The notes: generated by a model not told the origin, from the letters alone. Counted from the first letter of the whole stretch, positions 27,337 to 39,202 are shown. The stretch: 59,746 nt of DNA, filler included, from Dimargaris cristalligena (GCA_003614675.1; 9 parts of 9 records of this genome joined end to end with filler, not necessarily neighbours in it); one strand, 5' to 3'. Translations and numbers: made by a program.

Positions 27337-29154
27337 TCGCCGGTTGTGTAGTGTAATCAATAAATTTCCTACAAGTATCTGCGCCTCTCTTCAACAAGGG
27401 CGGGGTATACTGGAATAAGGGGTGGAGCGCGGCCATGAGTCACATTGCTCGTCTACGCTGTTAAGCTATTTTAATAAATATTTTTAAAATACGAGGGATA
27501 CTGGATGAAAGACGGGTTTTTAGAGTTAAAGTGACTTAGCGAGTGCGGTGGTTGGTAAGACGATCAGTTGACGAAAGTTTATCTATTAGTTAAAAGCCGG
27601 TTTGCTCGGAGACGTCGATGCTTGGCCGCTCGATTGAGCCGGAACGGGAGGCGACATGTGATGGCTAGGTAGGGTTAGTTGATGTGTGCATTATTCATTA
27701 GTAGTGATTGCGCCATGTCGGGTTGTGGGTGTAGCGGAGCCTAACTAGTACGGCGGTGGCTGCGACAAGGACTAAGCGGCGGCCGATATCAGCGGAGGGG
27801 TATATTGTATGAATAATACATTCGGAGTGAGTCACAGAAAGTACCCACCATAACCTAAAATACCCTTCGCAATTGGCTGGCATATACCCACCCCCCCCTG
27901 GCATGAAACTGCTGGGTGTATGCGCATAGATAGACAAGGGAGAAGGCTCGGGTAGCGTGATCCGGCTAGCACTGTAGGGCACAGGTCAGGCGACCCTAGG
28001 AAACCCCAGGAGAGGCGGGGCTGGTGATTGGCCTGGCCCATGTGATGCCTCCACCAATACTACTGGCCTTACTATCCCCCAACATCGCATCATTTAGAGT
28101 TGTAAGGATGCCATCCAATCTCGCCCTGTTATCCGCCACCTTGTCTGCTCTACCTACAGAAAGGGTGGTAGTATAAGTAGTAATGGATGAGGGAAAGGGT
28201 CTGCGGCACTCCTTCCCGCCTGCTCTTGGCCAATGCCGCGACATCCTTCATAAGCAACTCACGCTCTATCTGGCTCATCATCCATAGGCCCTGCCGCGAA
28301 TCCGAGGGCCGATCGCCCCACACCCTCTCACTCACACTCACTTCTTGGCTACGAATCGGCCATATTCCAATCCTTCCATTCCCCTTGCCACTAGGTGCTA
28401 CGCATATACTGCAACCCTCACGACTCCTTTAGCCGCACCCTATAAATATCGCGGCCCCGCCAGTCCCCGGCCAGGTGCCTATCCCCTCGCCCCTCTTGTT
28501 CCCCCTTGTTCTCCCAATTCCACCCGCTACTATTATCTTCTACCCTACCCTATTATTTCTTTCGAATCTTCTATCCCCCCTTTCCACCTTTCCCGCCTCT
28601 CCTTGTCTTGTATCGGGCCGCCGCTGTCACGCGCTATTCCACCCGTTCTCGGGGTGTGTATATTACGTTTACCCTTGTTCGCCTTACCCTGCTGTATTAC
28701 TACTTCCCACTTTCTTATTCTTGTTTTCATTATCACGCCTATCCCCCTTATTCTAAACCTTCTCCATCTCCCCTACCGACATTTATATTATCTGCTGCCC
28801 CTCTCATTTCACCAACCCCGTCCCTTCTCCATACTTGACCGTCAACCCCAGTGCCCCGCTTTTCGCCAGCTCGTCATAACCAGCATATTGCATATATCTT
28901 GCCATTTGCTTTATAAATACCACCCACTACCCTTCAATACGATACCACGCACTTGCAATCCCACCCCCCCTTTACAACAACTACGCCTTTAGCTGGTCTC
29001 TACCGCGTTTATTTTTGGTGACTTTCCCGCAAGTTTACCTTCCACCTTCAATTAATTATTACCCAATATTCCCCTAGCTCGCTCAAACTCGGCCTGTTAC
29101 TCTCACCAGCCACACTTTCATTTTCCCAGGCACCCATTTAAACTACTACTGCCC

Positions 29155-31299
29155 ATGTATTCCGTGTCCTTATTCTCCGCCTATGGGCTGGCTGCCCTGT
29201 TGGCGTGCTCTCCGAACCCCGCCTCGGCCCACGCTCCTTCCCGTCGCGCCATCCAGCCCTTCGGTCCGGACCTTACTCAGCGCTCGTATGTGCAATTTCA
29301 GTCTGAGACCTCCCAGTTCCGTAGCTACCGTCTTCCGTCCAAGGGAAGCCGCCAGAGTGTCTGCTTGGACTCCGCCTTGCGCCACGCCATGGAACAGGGT
29401 GGTCTGACCGAAAACGGCTTTATTGTCAAGGACTCCTACCGCTCCGAACACAACGGCGTTACCCATGTCTATCTCCGCCAGCTGTACAACGGCGCCGAGG
29501 TGGTCAACGCCGACATGAACCTCAATTTGGACGCTGACTGTAACCTTATCTCGGTTGGCAGTTCATTCCAACCCGGGGCTAGTTTGGCCCAACCCCCGGT
29601 TGCCAAATCCTCCACGAATCTCTGGTCCTATCTCCGTAACCAGGCCGGGGCTCTGAGCCAGGTTATCTTCGGCTTCAATCCGGTCAACAGCGACCTGTCT
29701 CTGTGGCGCAGCGAATCCCACCCCGACGACTCTTTCCTTACCGCAGTCGACCCCCTTGCTGACCACAACTCGGTCCATCCCCGCATTTCCCCCCAGAAGG
29801 CCTTTGGTCACCTCCTCGAGCACATCGGCGAAAGCCTCCCCGAGGGCCATGACATCCACCTGGAGCAGGTCAACTCTCTGACCGAGGAACCCTACTCGGT
29901 GCTGACCAACGTGCCTCACGCCCAGGACAACAAGGTCCCCGTCCGGCGTCACTACATCCTGAACGGGCAAAATGAGCTCGAAGAGGTTTGGGATATGGAA
30001 ATTGAGATGGAGGAAAACTGGCTCCACGCCCATGTTTCTACCACCACCGGTAAGGTCGTGTCCCTCATCGATTGGGTGGCTGACAGCCAGTACAACGTCT
30101 ACCCCTTGGGTGTGAACGACCCATTGGAAGGTAACCGCACTCTTCTTACCGACCCCCATGACAAGAAGGCATCCCCCTTTGGCTGGCACGACCAAGGTAA
30201 TGGTAAGAAATTCACTGATACTCGCGGTAACAATGTCTATGCTCAGGAGAACCTGGACGGCATGTACGAGTGGATGAACAAGGGCCGTCCCGATGGTGGC
30301 GAAACCCTCAAGTTTGATTTCCCGCTCGACCTGATGTCACAGCCGGGCGATTATCTGGACGCCGCAGTGACCAACCTGTTCTACATCAACAACATGGTTC
30401 ACGACCTGTTCTACCAGTATGGTTTTACGGAGAAGGCCGGTAATTTCCAGGAGAACAATTTCGAGCGCGGCGGTAAGGGCAACGACGCAGTGATTGCCAA
30501 TGCTCAGGACGGTTCGGGTTACAATAACGCCAACTTCGCCACCCCACCTGATGGCCGCCACGGTAAGATGCGCATGTACGTGTGGAACGGCATCGATCCC
30601 AACCGCGACGGCGATCTGGAAAGTGGGATTGTTATCCACGAGTACGCCCATGGTATTTCCACCCGCCTGACTGGTGGCCCGGCTAACTCGGGCTGTTTGG
30701 GATGGGGAGAGGCCGGTGGTATGGGTGAGGGTTGGGGTGATTTCTTCGCCACCATTTTGCGTACCCGTCCTGCCCACAACAACACCATGGTTTTCTTCAT
30801 GGGTGAATACGCCAACGCCGGCGAGGGCATCCGCCGTTACCCCTACTCGACGAGCCTGGATGTTAACCCGTCTACCTACAAGATCATGGACAAGCCTGGC
30901 TATTGGGGCGTGCATGCCAAGGGCGAGGTCTGGGCCGTGATTCTCTACGAAGTTTTCTGGGCCCTGGTGGACAAGCATGGCTACACTGAAGACTGGTTCT
31001 CTGCTTCCCCTCACCACGGCAACACCCTGGCCCTGCAGCTGGTTGTCGATGGTTTGGCCCTCCAACCCTGCCGCCCTAGCTTCATGGATGCCCGTGACGC
31101 CATCATCCAAGCCGATACCGTTCTGACTGGAGGTCAAAATAAGTGTATCCTGTGGAAGGCTTTTGCTAAGCGCGGTCTCGGTGTGGATGCCAACATCCGC
31201 GGCGACACCCCGTGGGGTGGCGGTGTCCGTGCCGACAGTTTCAAGACCCCTAGCGACTGTGGTGACGACGTTCCCTCCCCTCCTTCCGATGACGAGTAA
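29155..31299 (+). CDS. Fungalysin (M36) extracellular metalloprotease, prepro-form, intronless
   Basis: Signal peptide; FTP propeptide (NGVTHVYLRQLYNGAEVVNAD); YNVYP mature start; HEYAHGISTRLTGG zinc motif; GMGEGWGD; LQPCRPSF. Confidence 0.96.
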   Translation: MYSVSLFSAYGLAALLACSPNPASAHAPSRRAIQPFGPDLTQRSYVQFQSETSQFRSYRLPSKGSRQSVCLDSALRHAMEQGGLTENGFIVKDSYRSEHNGVTHVYLRQLYNGAEVVNADMNLNLDADCNLISVGSSFQPGASLAQPPVAKSSTNLWSYLRNQAGALSQVIFGFNPVNSDLSLWRSESHPDDSFLTAVDPLADHNSVHPRISPQKAFGHLLEHIGESLPEGHDIHLEQVNSLTEEPYSVLTNVPHAQDNKVPVRRHYILNGQNELEEVWDMEIEMEENWLHAHVSTTTGKVVSLIDWVADSQYNVYPLGVNDPLEGNRTLLTDPHDKKASPFGWHDQGNGKKFTDTRGNNVYAQENLDGMYEWMNKGRPDGGETLKFDFPLDLMSQPGDYLDAAVTNLFYINNMVHDLFYQYGFTEKAGNFQENNFERGGKGNDAVIANAQDGSGYNNANFATPPDGRHGKMRMYVWNGIDPNRDGDLESGIVIHEYAHGISTRLTGGPANSGCLGWGEAGGMGEGWGDFFATILRTRPAHNNTMVFFMGEYANAGEGIRRYPYSTSLDVNPSTYKIMDKPGYWGVHAKGEVWAVILYEVFWALVDKHGYTEDWFSASPHHGNTLALQLVVDGLALQPCRPSFMDARDAIIQADTVLTGGQNKCILWKAFAKRGLGVDANIRGDTPWGGGVRADSFKTPSDCGDDVPSPPSDDE

Positions 31300-32884
31300 A
31301 CCAACTTCTCAATTATCACCTACTATCCCAGGTGAAATAACTTCGTAACCGGGATTAATTTATCGACCCTAGTACCCATCCCCTTTATTATATTTACATC
31401 TCGAACTGGCCTTGGTTTTTTGCCTTGTCTTAAGGCGCGGTCGCTTTATGACCTGCTATACCCGCCAAGTAACTCTAAGGTTGGGAAGATAAAGAGTGTC
31501 TTCCATTTATATGACTATATACTATTGTATGTTCTCATCCACCAATATTTTCTCTGTAACTTATAACCAGACGTGTAAAGTACTCAAAATTCCTAAAATC
31601 ATCCTAATGGAGTTGTATAGTGAAATGTTAAACTTTGCAATATGATAATAAGGGGTGGTCAATTGCTAAAATAGGAGCCATCGTATATGGCTTATGGTAA
31701 GCTTTAACCATTATGTAAAATGGCCACTAGGTCCTCACAAAATGCTAGGGGTTGGTGGTTGTTAAAATCTAATCTGCAGAGATGCAGTCGAGGAATACCT
31801 CCAAGAATTAAGGAACCACCTATAAATTGCGAAGGAAGTCCAAATTGCCGTTCATTTCCTTTGTTAGAAAACTGCAGATGTATGAGCGCTCACAAGTACA
31901 GTTTAGTAATGGTGGGGCTGATATAGGCTATTATTCAATACATAGCGAAGTGTGCGAAGCTGCGTAATTAGGAGGAAAACACGGGCCAGGCAATAATTTG
32001 AAAACAGCTGAAAGTTGTGGAACCCTCAGAATACGGGATATTCCCCCTCTCCCGTGTCGGCAAACTATCATTAAAAATAGACCATGCCATTGAGCTAAAA
32101 CCTGTAAATGGGTATGACACACCGCCACCCCTTTCACCTGTAGCCCCAAGGTACTAAACCGTACGCCACCGCATGGGGAGGGAAATGGCTACCGGGTGTT
32201 TTACACTTTTTCCAATTCTCCTGTCTGTATAAAACAGGGTTTGCCGCATACGCAGCTAAACCAATTTCGCTGCCTACTTCTTATTCCAATTAATGTCGCT
32301 CATGGACGAGCATCCGATTATTATGGTTGACAACGTTTCCCTTACACAACATTTCGTGTACCGGCCACCGCCAATCGGTAAAACAGTTTAAGGCTAAAGG
32401 CATGCTTATGGGTCTCTCTTATACGGGGCTGCGCATCAAGGATAGGTATCTATATAATATGTAATGGTAAACGAGATACAAGTACGCGGCTTTTGTAGCA
32501 CTTTATAGTTAATGGGTGATTGGGGGGCTGGCCAGCCATGTGCTAGGGGTGTACCAAAATCAGCCGGAAGTGCGGTAAGGAAGGTGCTATTAAAAAGAGG
32601 ATATACTAGGGCTGAATACTAGGCTAGCCATGCAATAACCCCATATCGCCTTTGTTTTTCTGGTATTTAAGCTGGGGAGGGTTCTTGAGGAGGGGGGACT
32701 CTATCGAATATAAAAGGCGCTTGATATCACCTACTTGAAGACACAGCTACTGATTTATCACATTGGTTTCTATGTCTTCATTTTAGATTGATTGCTTTTT
32801 ATACACACACACATATATATATATTCCCTCTTTATCCCTGTAGTGCTTTCTCTACCCGAGAATTCACCTGTTCTAACATTTAAG

Positions 32885-33295
32885 ATGCGCTTCGTTGCCC
32901 CCAGTTTCCTTTTCGCTCTCACCACGGTCCAGGCCGGGACCGACTACTGCCAGAACATATCCCAGAACGTCCACTATCAGCAACTACACCATTTAGTGCA
33001 AGAACATGGTGCTTCGTCCGTCCAACAAGTAGCGCACCGGTACTACCGGGAATTATCACCCGAGGCACGCCCTACCGACACCAACGATCTCTTCCTCCAA
33101 AATCTGGCCCGTTACGAAAAAGCATCCCTCGGTGCCAAAGGCTCGGCCGATGGCCCTCGTCTGCATAAACGGGATGACGACGACCCTTGTCTGCATTGTT
33201 GCGTTAATTGCTGCACCGACAATTGCTGTGAGGGAGGCATTCTGGCCGCCCTATTCTGCTGTTTGGTAGGGCGTGCCTCGGGTGATAATTCCCGG
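32885..33295 (+). CDS. Secreted prepro-protein with Kex2-type site and Cys-rich mature peptide (3'-truncated)
   Basis: MRFVAPSFLFALTTVQA signal; pro-region ending PRLHKR; then DDDDPCLHCCVNCCTDNCCEGGILAALFCC; TATAAAA about 175 nt upstream. Confidence 0.7.
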
Positions 33296-33395
33296 NNNNN
33301 NNNNNNNNNNNNNNNNNNNNNNNNNNNNNNNNNNNNNNNTTAATTAATTAANNNNNNNNNNNNNNNNNNNNNNNNNNNNNNNNNNNNNNNNNNNN
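33296..33395. other. Artificial contig spacer
   Basis: N44-TTAATTAATTAA-N44. Confidence 0.97.
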
Positions 33396-33564
33396 TGACC
33401 CCTGTGTAGAACACTAATACCACCTTGGCTTCAGGTGACTATTAGCTACTACTCAGCTTACTCTCTGTTTTCCTTTTCTCTGTCCTCGGCAACAAGTCCC
33501 CTTTTATCACCTTGGCTTCAGGTGCTAATTAGACTTTCACCCAGCTCCAGCTAATTCGGCACCT

Positions 33565-35493
33565 CACTACTACCTTTGTTGGGGATCTACCCTACAACGA
33601 TTGAGAAGTGATCCAGTGAATGGCAGCTGTGTAGCTTACAATGGATACGGAATGCAGCTCTATTCGTGTTTCCGCTTAATAATCCCAAGTGCCCCTGTTG
33701 CTCTGTCCATATTCCCTTGCGCAGGTCTCACCAGACCACAATGGCCAAGGCAGCGAATGGCCAGCCAACTTGCAAGGGTTGCTGGAGCTACCCTTGCAAT
33801 ACAATTGCCCATCTTCTCCTTCGTATTTACGAGGGCAGTGCGGGGTTTCTGGGATGTTGCGTAACTAAAAAAAATGGTATTATATTTCTTGTAATTGGTG
33901 CTGTATATTAGAATTAATCGACTGGCTGTGGATAGAGGGTAGGGCTACGCAAATAGCCTAAAAACAAGACATGTACAGCCCGTTTGGTTGGCCCTTTTCT
34001 TCCAAATCAAACAGATTAGATATCTACAAATATATTTTATTGGTCGAGTTTCTTCTACTATAGCTCTCCATTGCAAACAACACATATAGTCGACCTATGT
34101 GATCAGAGCGGAAGTCAGTGTTTCATCATACTCAGCAGAATTAAGGTGAATCCATGTCTAAAGCATCTAATGTATAGCCAATTTGCTTGAAGGGCAAGGA
34201 GGGGGGGTCGAATAATGACAACGCCCAGCGGGCTGGGCGGCGGAGCAAGGTATAGTGGACTTAAAGGAGAAGGGGGATAGATCCAACCATGTAGTCACGA
34301 TAGTGCAGGGGTTGACAATGGGAGCTTAAAAGCACCCTGTAAAAGATTAGCCACCTAGTGCAACCGCAAACCAAGGCGGACGTCCTTGACCCACTCCCCA
34401 CACGTGACTTAATAAACCGAACGCCCCCCTGGAGCGATGCGCGAACGATAGCCGTCCCCGAATTTCCCTAGATTAAACAGGAAGTATAAATTAGACCATA
34501 TGCTTCGGAATCCCCATATCGGGTATGTTTAAATAAAATACTAATTTAACCTTTACTAGCTAGTTGCTTCATGGAATTAATCTCCACCCCCACTCGGGCC
34601 GCAGTTCTCTGGTAATTCACTTCCCAGCCCCCCTCGTCTGTGCTGTTATACTAGGTCAACATATGAGAAAACGCCAACTCTTGTTAACTTTGGGTGTAGG
34701 TTGATTATGGGCAGGCATGACAGTGGGAAGGTATGGTAGAAAGAAAACGGGAAAAATTATCAATTCATGGAAATCCAATATACTTGTGCTAAATGACATA
34801 TATCGACTCAATGGGTCGATCATCCTTTGTTTCCTGGTCTTTTACATTCCCCATCCCTATATCCCCACCCATTTGGTTGATATTCTAACTGCCGGGTGGG
34901 TTCAACCACCCGGGGTCGGGCTGGTTTCCTGGCTCCTTCAATGAGAGTGTACCTTTGCGCAGGCAATGAATAGTTATACGCCCAACTGACCATACAAATA
35001 AACTCAGTGTATAAGACAAGACACAGCACCATTCATTGTGGGTTCAATATCCAACTAAAATGGCAATACAAACTATCTATCTGTACCATTTCCCTATAGT
35101 TAATAAATGCAATGCTGGCCCCCTTTAACCCTAAGTGTATTGCCACCAATATTGGGCTATAAGTACGTGACGAAGCAGCATACCATTTTTTAGTTACGCA
35201 ACATCCCAGAAACCCCGCACTGCCCTCGTAAATACGAAGGAGAAGATGGGCAATTGTATTGCAAGGGTAGCTCCAGCAACCCTTGCAAGTTGGCTGGCCA
35301 TTCGCTGCCTTGGCCATTGTGGTCTGGTGAGACCTGCGCAAGGGAATATGGACAGAGCAACAGGGGCACTTGGGATTATTAAGCGGAAACACGAATAGAG
35401 CTGCATTCCGTATCCATTGTAAGCTACACAGCTGCCATTCACTGGATCACTTCTCAATCGTTGTAGGGTAGATCCCCAACAAAGGTAGTAGTG
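33565..35493. mobile_element. Non-autonomous DNA-transposon-like element with ~315-bp TIRs (33565-33880 / 35180-35493), termini CACTA...TAGTG
   Basis: Near-perfect inverted duplication (the ORF track shows identical peptides on opposite strands); ~1.3-kb non-coding interior; flanks CCT / CCA. Confidence 0.7.
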
Positions 35494-36020
35494 CCAATAG
35501 GTGATTCTCCGGTCAAATCTGAGCTATAGCCTGCCTATATTTACCGCGTAAAATGAGGTGCATAGTAAAAATTACCAGCTATATAGTGATGGTAGATTAC
35601 CTAGCCTACCAACAAGATGTGCACCATGAGCAATGGAAAGGTAGAGGAGAACGGTAGTAATGGTTGTAAATCAATGGTTCGGGTCCCTGGTGAGTATTGG
35701 AAATGCCTGGTGAACTTGCTGTTGGTTAGTTATGGGGCCTCCATCTCACCATGCCCAATTCAAACATTGGTGACTCTCTCACACTGTTGCCACTCCAGTG
35801 TTCCAGCATTCCAGGGTATATAACAACCCTTGAAGACCAACATATAAATAGCGGCATAGTACCCCCCTTCCCTAGATATCCATCAGCTTCAAGTCTTATA
35901 TCCTTACTTCATCCACACTGCCATCTCCACATCCATTCTCACCCATTCGCAACCTTCGGCTGACTACTAACATCCCAAGCCTTGTACTCCAGCCTCCCTC
36001 TGACCATCATTCTTACCACC

Positions 36021-36392
36021 ATGTACTTTCAGACCATCGTGCTTACCCTCGCCCTGACAACCCTGGCCGCTCACAGCCACGTCACTAACCCCGCTACAAC
36101 TGGCTCATCTGGTCAATTGAGCCGCCGCTCGCTGTCCTCGGACACTACATTGCCGCAACTTTTCCGCCGGACGACAGTGACCTTTGATCCGTTCTCCAAA
36201 GAGGGGGCGAGGTACCAATCTAAAAGCACTACCCCCGTCCCCAAGACAAACAAAAACACATCTAAGCTCGATATTTCTCAGGAGGTTACCCGCACAGGTT
36301 CCCCGCAATCAAACAACCTGTCCAAGAATGCCGCAACCAAAAGAAACGCCCCAAGCCTGGCCAATTCCACCAACAAAAAAATTAAGGCATAG
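36021..36392 (+). CDS. Small secreted basic protein with two dibasic sites (QLSRR, QLFRR)
   Basis: ACCACCATG start; MYFQTIVLTLALTTLAAHS signal; TATAAATA near 35843; Lys/Thr/Asn-rich C-terminus. Confidence 0.65.
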   Translation: MYFQTIVLTLALTTLAAHSHVTNPATTGSSGQLSRRSLSSDTTLPQLFRRTTVTFDPFSKEGARYQSKSTTPVPKTNKNTSKLDISQEVTRTGSPQSNNLSKNAATKRNAPSLANSTNKKIKA

Positions 36393-38726
36393 CTGCAACT
36401 CCTCGTTACTGGCAATCATTGGGGTATCCTTAACAAGCGGGAAAGTTCACCACAGCTCTCGGTTCAGGTTGAGCAATAATAGCTTTGGCCGGAAAACCCC
36501 ACCGCCCGCCATCCAAATAGGCTAGACTGGTGACTCCATCATTGTGGCTGCTTCTAGTTGTTTGTGTTAAATATTTTTTCATTTCATGTTGGAATTATTT
36601 TCATTCGATTAGCCAATAAACTCTACTATACCTAATATTTGTTGCAATACAGTTCACCAAACCCCCGGCCTTAAGCTACTGTAGCCGGTTGACATGTTTC
36701 TCTTTAATAGGCGATAATAGCCCATGGTCTCACCTAAGGTTGAATTAATGTCACTTTATACTGATCGTCAAACCAGATGCCCAAGATAATGGACGGCTTG
36801 TTGCTCAGACACTAGCGGTATTAATACCCTCAATGATGTATTCTATTCTGGGGATACCATTACATGTTGTCAGTTGTAATAGCAGTTATAAGGCCAATGC
36901 AAAATGCTATATGAGCTTAGACTTATCACCAAGCCTTAATTTCCGTGAGGATGCCTCCGTTGATATTATGACACGATAGGGGTAGTTATTTATGCAACCT
37001 TCGGCCTATCTCTACCAAAACTCAAGATTCAAGAATGGCCCTTTAACTCACTGGCTGGACCACTGTGACCTGCTCCGAAACCGATGGCTATTGTCGCCCA
37101 GAACTTACATTTTTTAACCTTCGCCCAATGCAGAATCCTAACAGTGTTTCGTTTACAGCCGGGCAATTCTCTAATAAGTGGCAACAACTTTGTTTCATAT
37201 GCCTATTGGCGCTGAGGACAGAAATTCTAGAGAATGCTGTAAGAGGGAAATTGATTTGAACGGCCAATTGAAGAGAGCTGTCCACAACTCAACTAGTTGT
37301 GGTGAAATATGCAACCAAGTCTATTGCCATCTACACAGATCTGACAATGACTCCCTCAGGACTTGATAATTAGCAGGTATTCTTCCTAGGCCTATAGTCG
37401 TGGACTCTGATAAAATGATGTTGTGGCTAATCACTGAAAAACTCACTATCAATGGTTTAACATATTAATATGTACATTATTTAATATATCTATATATATA
37501 TATGGGGAAATAGGTACACAATTTATTTTAAACTGGCTGACCATATCAACTATCTTAATTAAGTATTGATTAGTGGTGCATGAAGGTATTCAACTAAAGA
37601 GGAATAAGTGTGGAAAGATTAATGAATTAATCGAGATTTTAAGCTAGATTGGAAGTTGGAGAATTTTATTATTTGGCAATAAGTTGTTCTTTTATAGAAA
37701 ATGGGAGTACACCAGCAAAATGGAAACCCGCTCTTCGACTGTCTGATGATGTTTTACTTCAAACCACAGAAAAAAATAAGGGTTGGTGAGGATAAACCCA
37801 ACACAGGGGCAGCTTTTAAAAGGAGTGGAGAAGGCCCATATAGTTGTTATCATGCAGTAGAGCTTTATTCACTTGAATTCGTAGTATTTAATATTTAATA
37901 ATGCATTTGAATGATGCCTGAAGAAATACTGAAAAGAGAGGAGGGAGACGGGTCTTAATAATCGCTTCCCAATTCGGATATTCCTCAATAAACGAACAAG
38001 TCAGATAACCCTCCCTTATTCTATAGTTTAAGGACTCCAGCCCCCATCCCTTTTCATTTACCACCTTCCAACTACCTGTTGCAATTGTCCCCTTTCAATC
38101 GTCACACTGATGGAAGAGGCACACTAAACGAGGAACCTAGAATATCTTGCAGACCTGGGGTCATCCTTTAGTAGGCAGTGGCTTTAATCTTATTCAGAAG
38201 AGTAGTCAACTAGCTGAGGGTTTATCGTTCCTATCTCTCTTAAATGATATTTAACTGACCCGCACATATTGAATCTTTTGGTGGGCGAGATAAATATATG
38301 TGTGCCATATTATTTAAAAAGGCCCCCAAGCCCCAACTCTAATACCAAGTCTTCGTCCTGGTGGCTGGATTGATTAGAAGACCCTAGTCCTCGGAACGGG
38401 TGATGCATAGGTTAATAGGAGTAAACGGGGACGGGGTCAATAGGGCTCATAGAAACAACACAAGGGAACCTCTGTTGACGAGGCTATTTGGCTCTTGCTT
38501 ATCGAGGTAAATCTCACACAGGTCATACTTTCCCTATAAATACCGCATTCCCCTCCCTCTTCACTAAACAAACACCATCCCCGTCTCTTTCTCCTACTTG
38601 GTCACATCATCCACAGGATATTTTCAGTCTTTCTACTTTCTACTCTACCTTAACTAACCAGAGAATCTGTAAGCTACTTGCTCTCCCATCTCCCCTTCCA
38701 CGTACTTTTCTCTTCGACACTTTACC

Positions 38727-39035
38727 ATGAAGATTCTGTCCTCCATCACTCTCGTCCTGGCTGCCATCAACACCGTGTCTATGGTCCACGCCAACCCTAT
38801 TACCACCACCGAGGATAGTGCTGGTCGCCAACCCCATCTTCAGAAGCACTGGTTCCGCTCTGGGATGGTTAGGGCTGGTGCTGGTCTGGCTGGTGCGGCC
38901 GTGGGTACAGCTGTCCTCCCTGTGATTGGTACCGTTATTGGCGGAGCTGCCGGTCTGTATGGCAGTAACAAGATGGTCAAGGGCTACCGTCAGTGGCGCA
39001 ACAATAAAAAGGCTGCCAGCACCATTGCCCAATAG
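38727..39035 (+). CDS. Small secreted glycine-zipper cationic peptide precursor
   Basis: Signal MKILSSITLVLAAINTVSMVHA; pro-piece ending PHLQKH; GAGLAGAAVGTAVLPVIGTVIGGAAG zipper; basic tail; TATAAATA near 38535. Confidence 0.75.
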   Translation: MKILSSITLVLAAINTVSMVHANPITTTEDSAGRQPHLQKHWFRSGMVRAGAGLAGAAVGTAVLPVIGTVIGGAAGLYGSNKMVKGYRQWRNNKKAASTIAQ

Positions 39036-39171
39036 AAGGAGAATCACTGACCAGTAACTTTGCTTTGAAGGTTTTTTGCTACTGTTTTATACCTCAAAAT
39101 ACTTCTGCTCATATCCACATATAGGAACTGTATCATTTCCCTGCTGGCTCCCTTTGTGAATATTAGTTTAT

Positions 39172-39173
<2 letters not shown>

Positions 39174-39202
<29 letters not shown>
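39174..39202. repeat. (AT)n microsatellite
   Basis: Perfect AT run. Confidence 0.95.

Noticed and set aside
28345-28992. 215-aa ORF upstream of fungalysin
   Set aside because: Pyrimidine-rich promoter/5' UTR sequence giving a low-complexity Pro/Leu/Ile translation with a non-ATG start.
33421-33545. CRISPR-like repeat-spacer pattern
   Set aside because: Only two 17-bp copies, a eukaryotic context and no cas genes.
33601-35457. Identical 87-aa and related ORFs on opposite strands
   Set aside because: By-product of the inverted repeat; non-ATG starts and no protein features.
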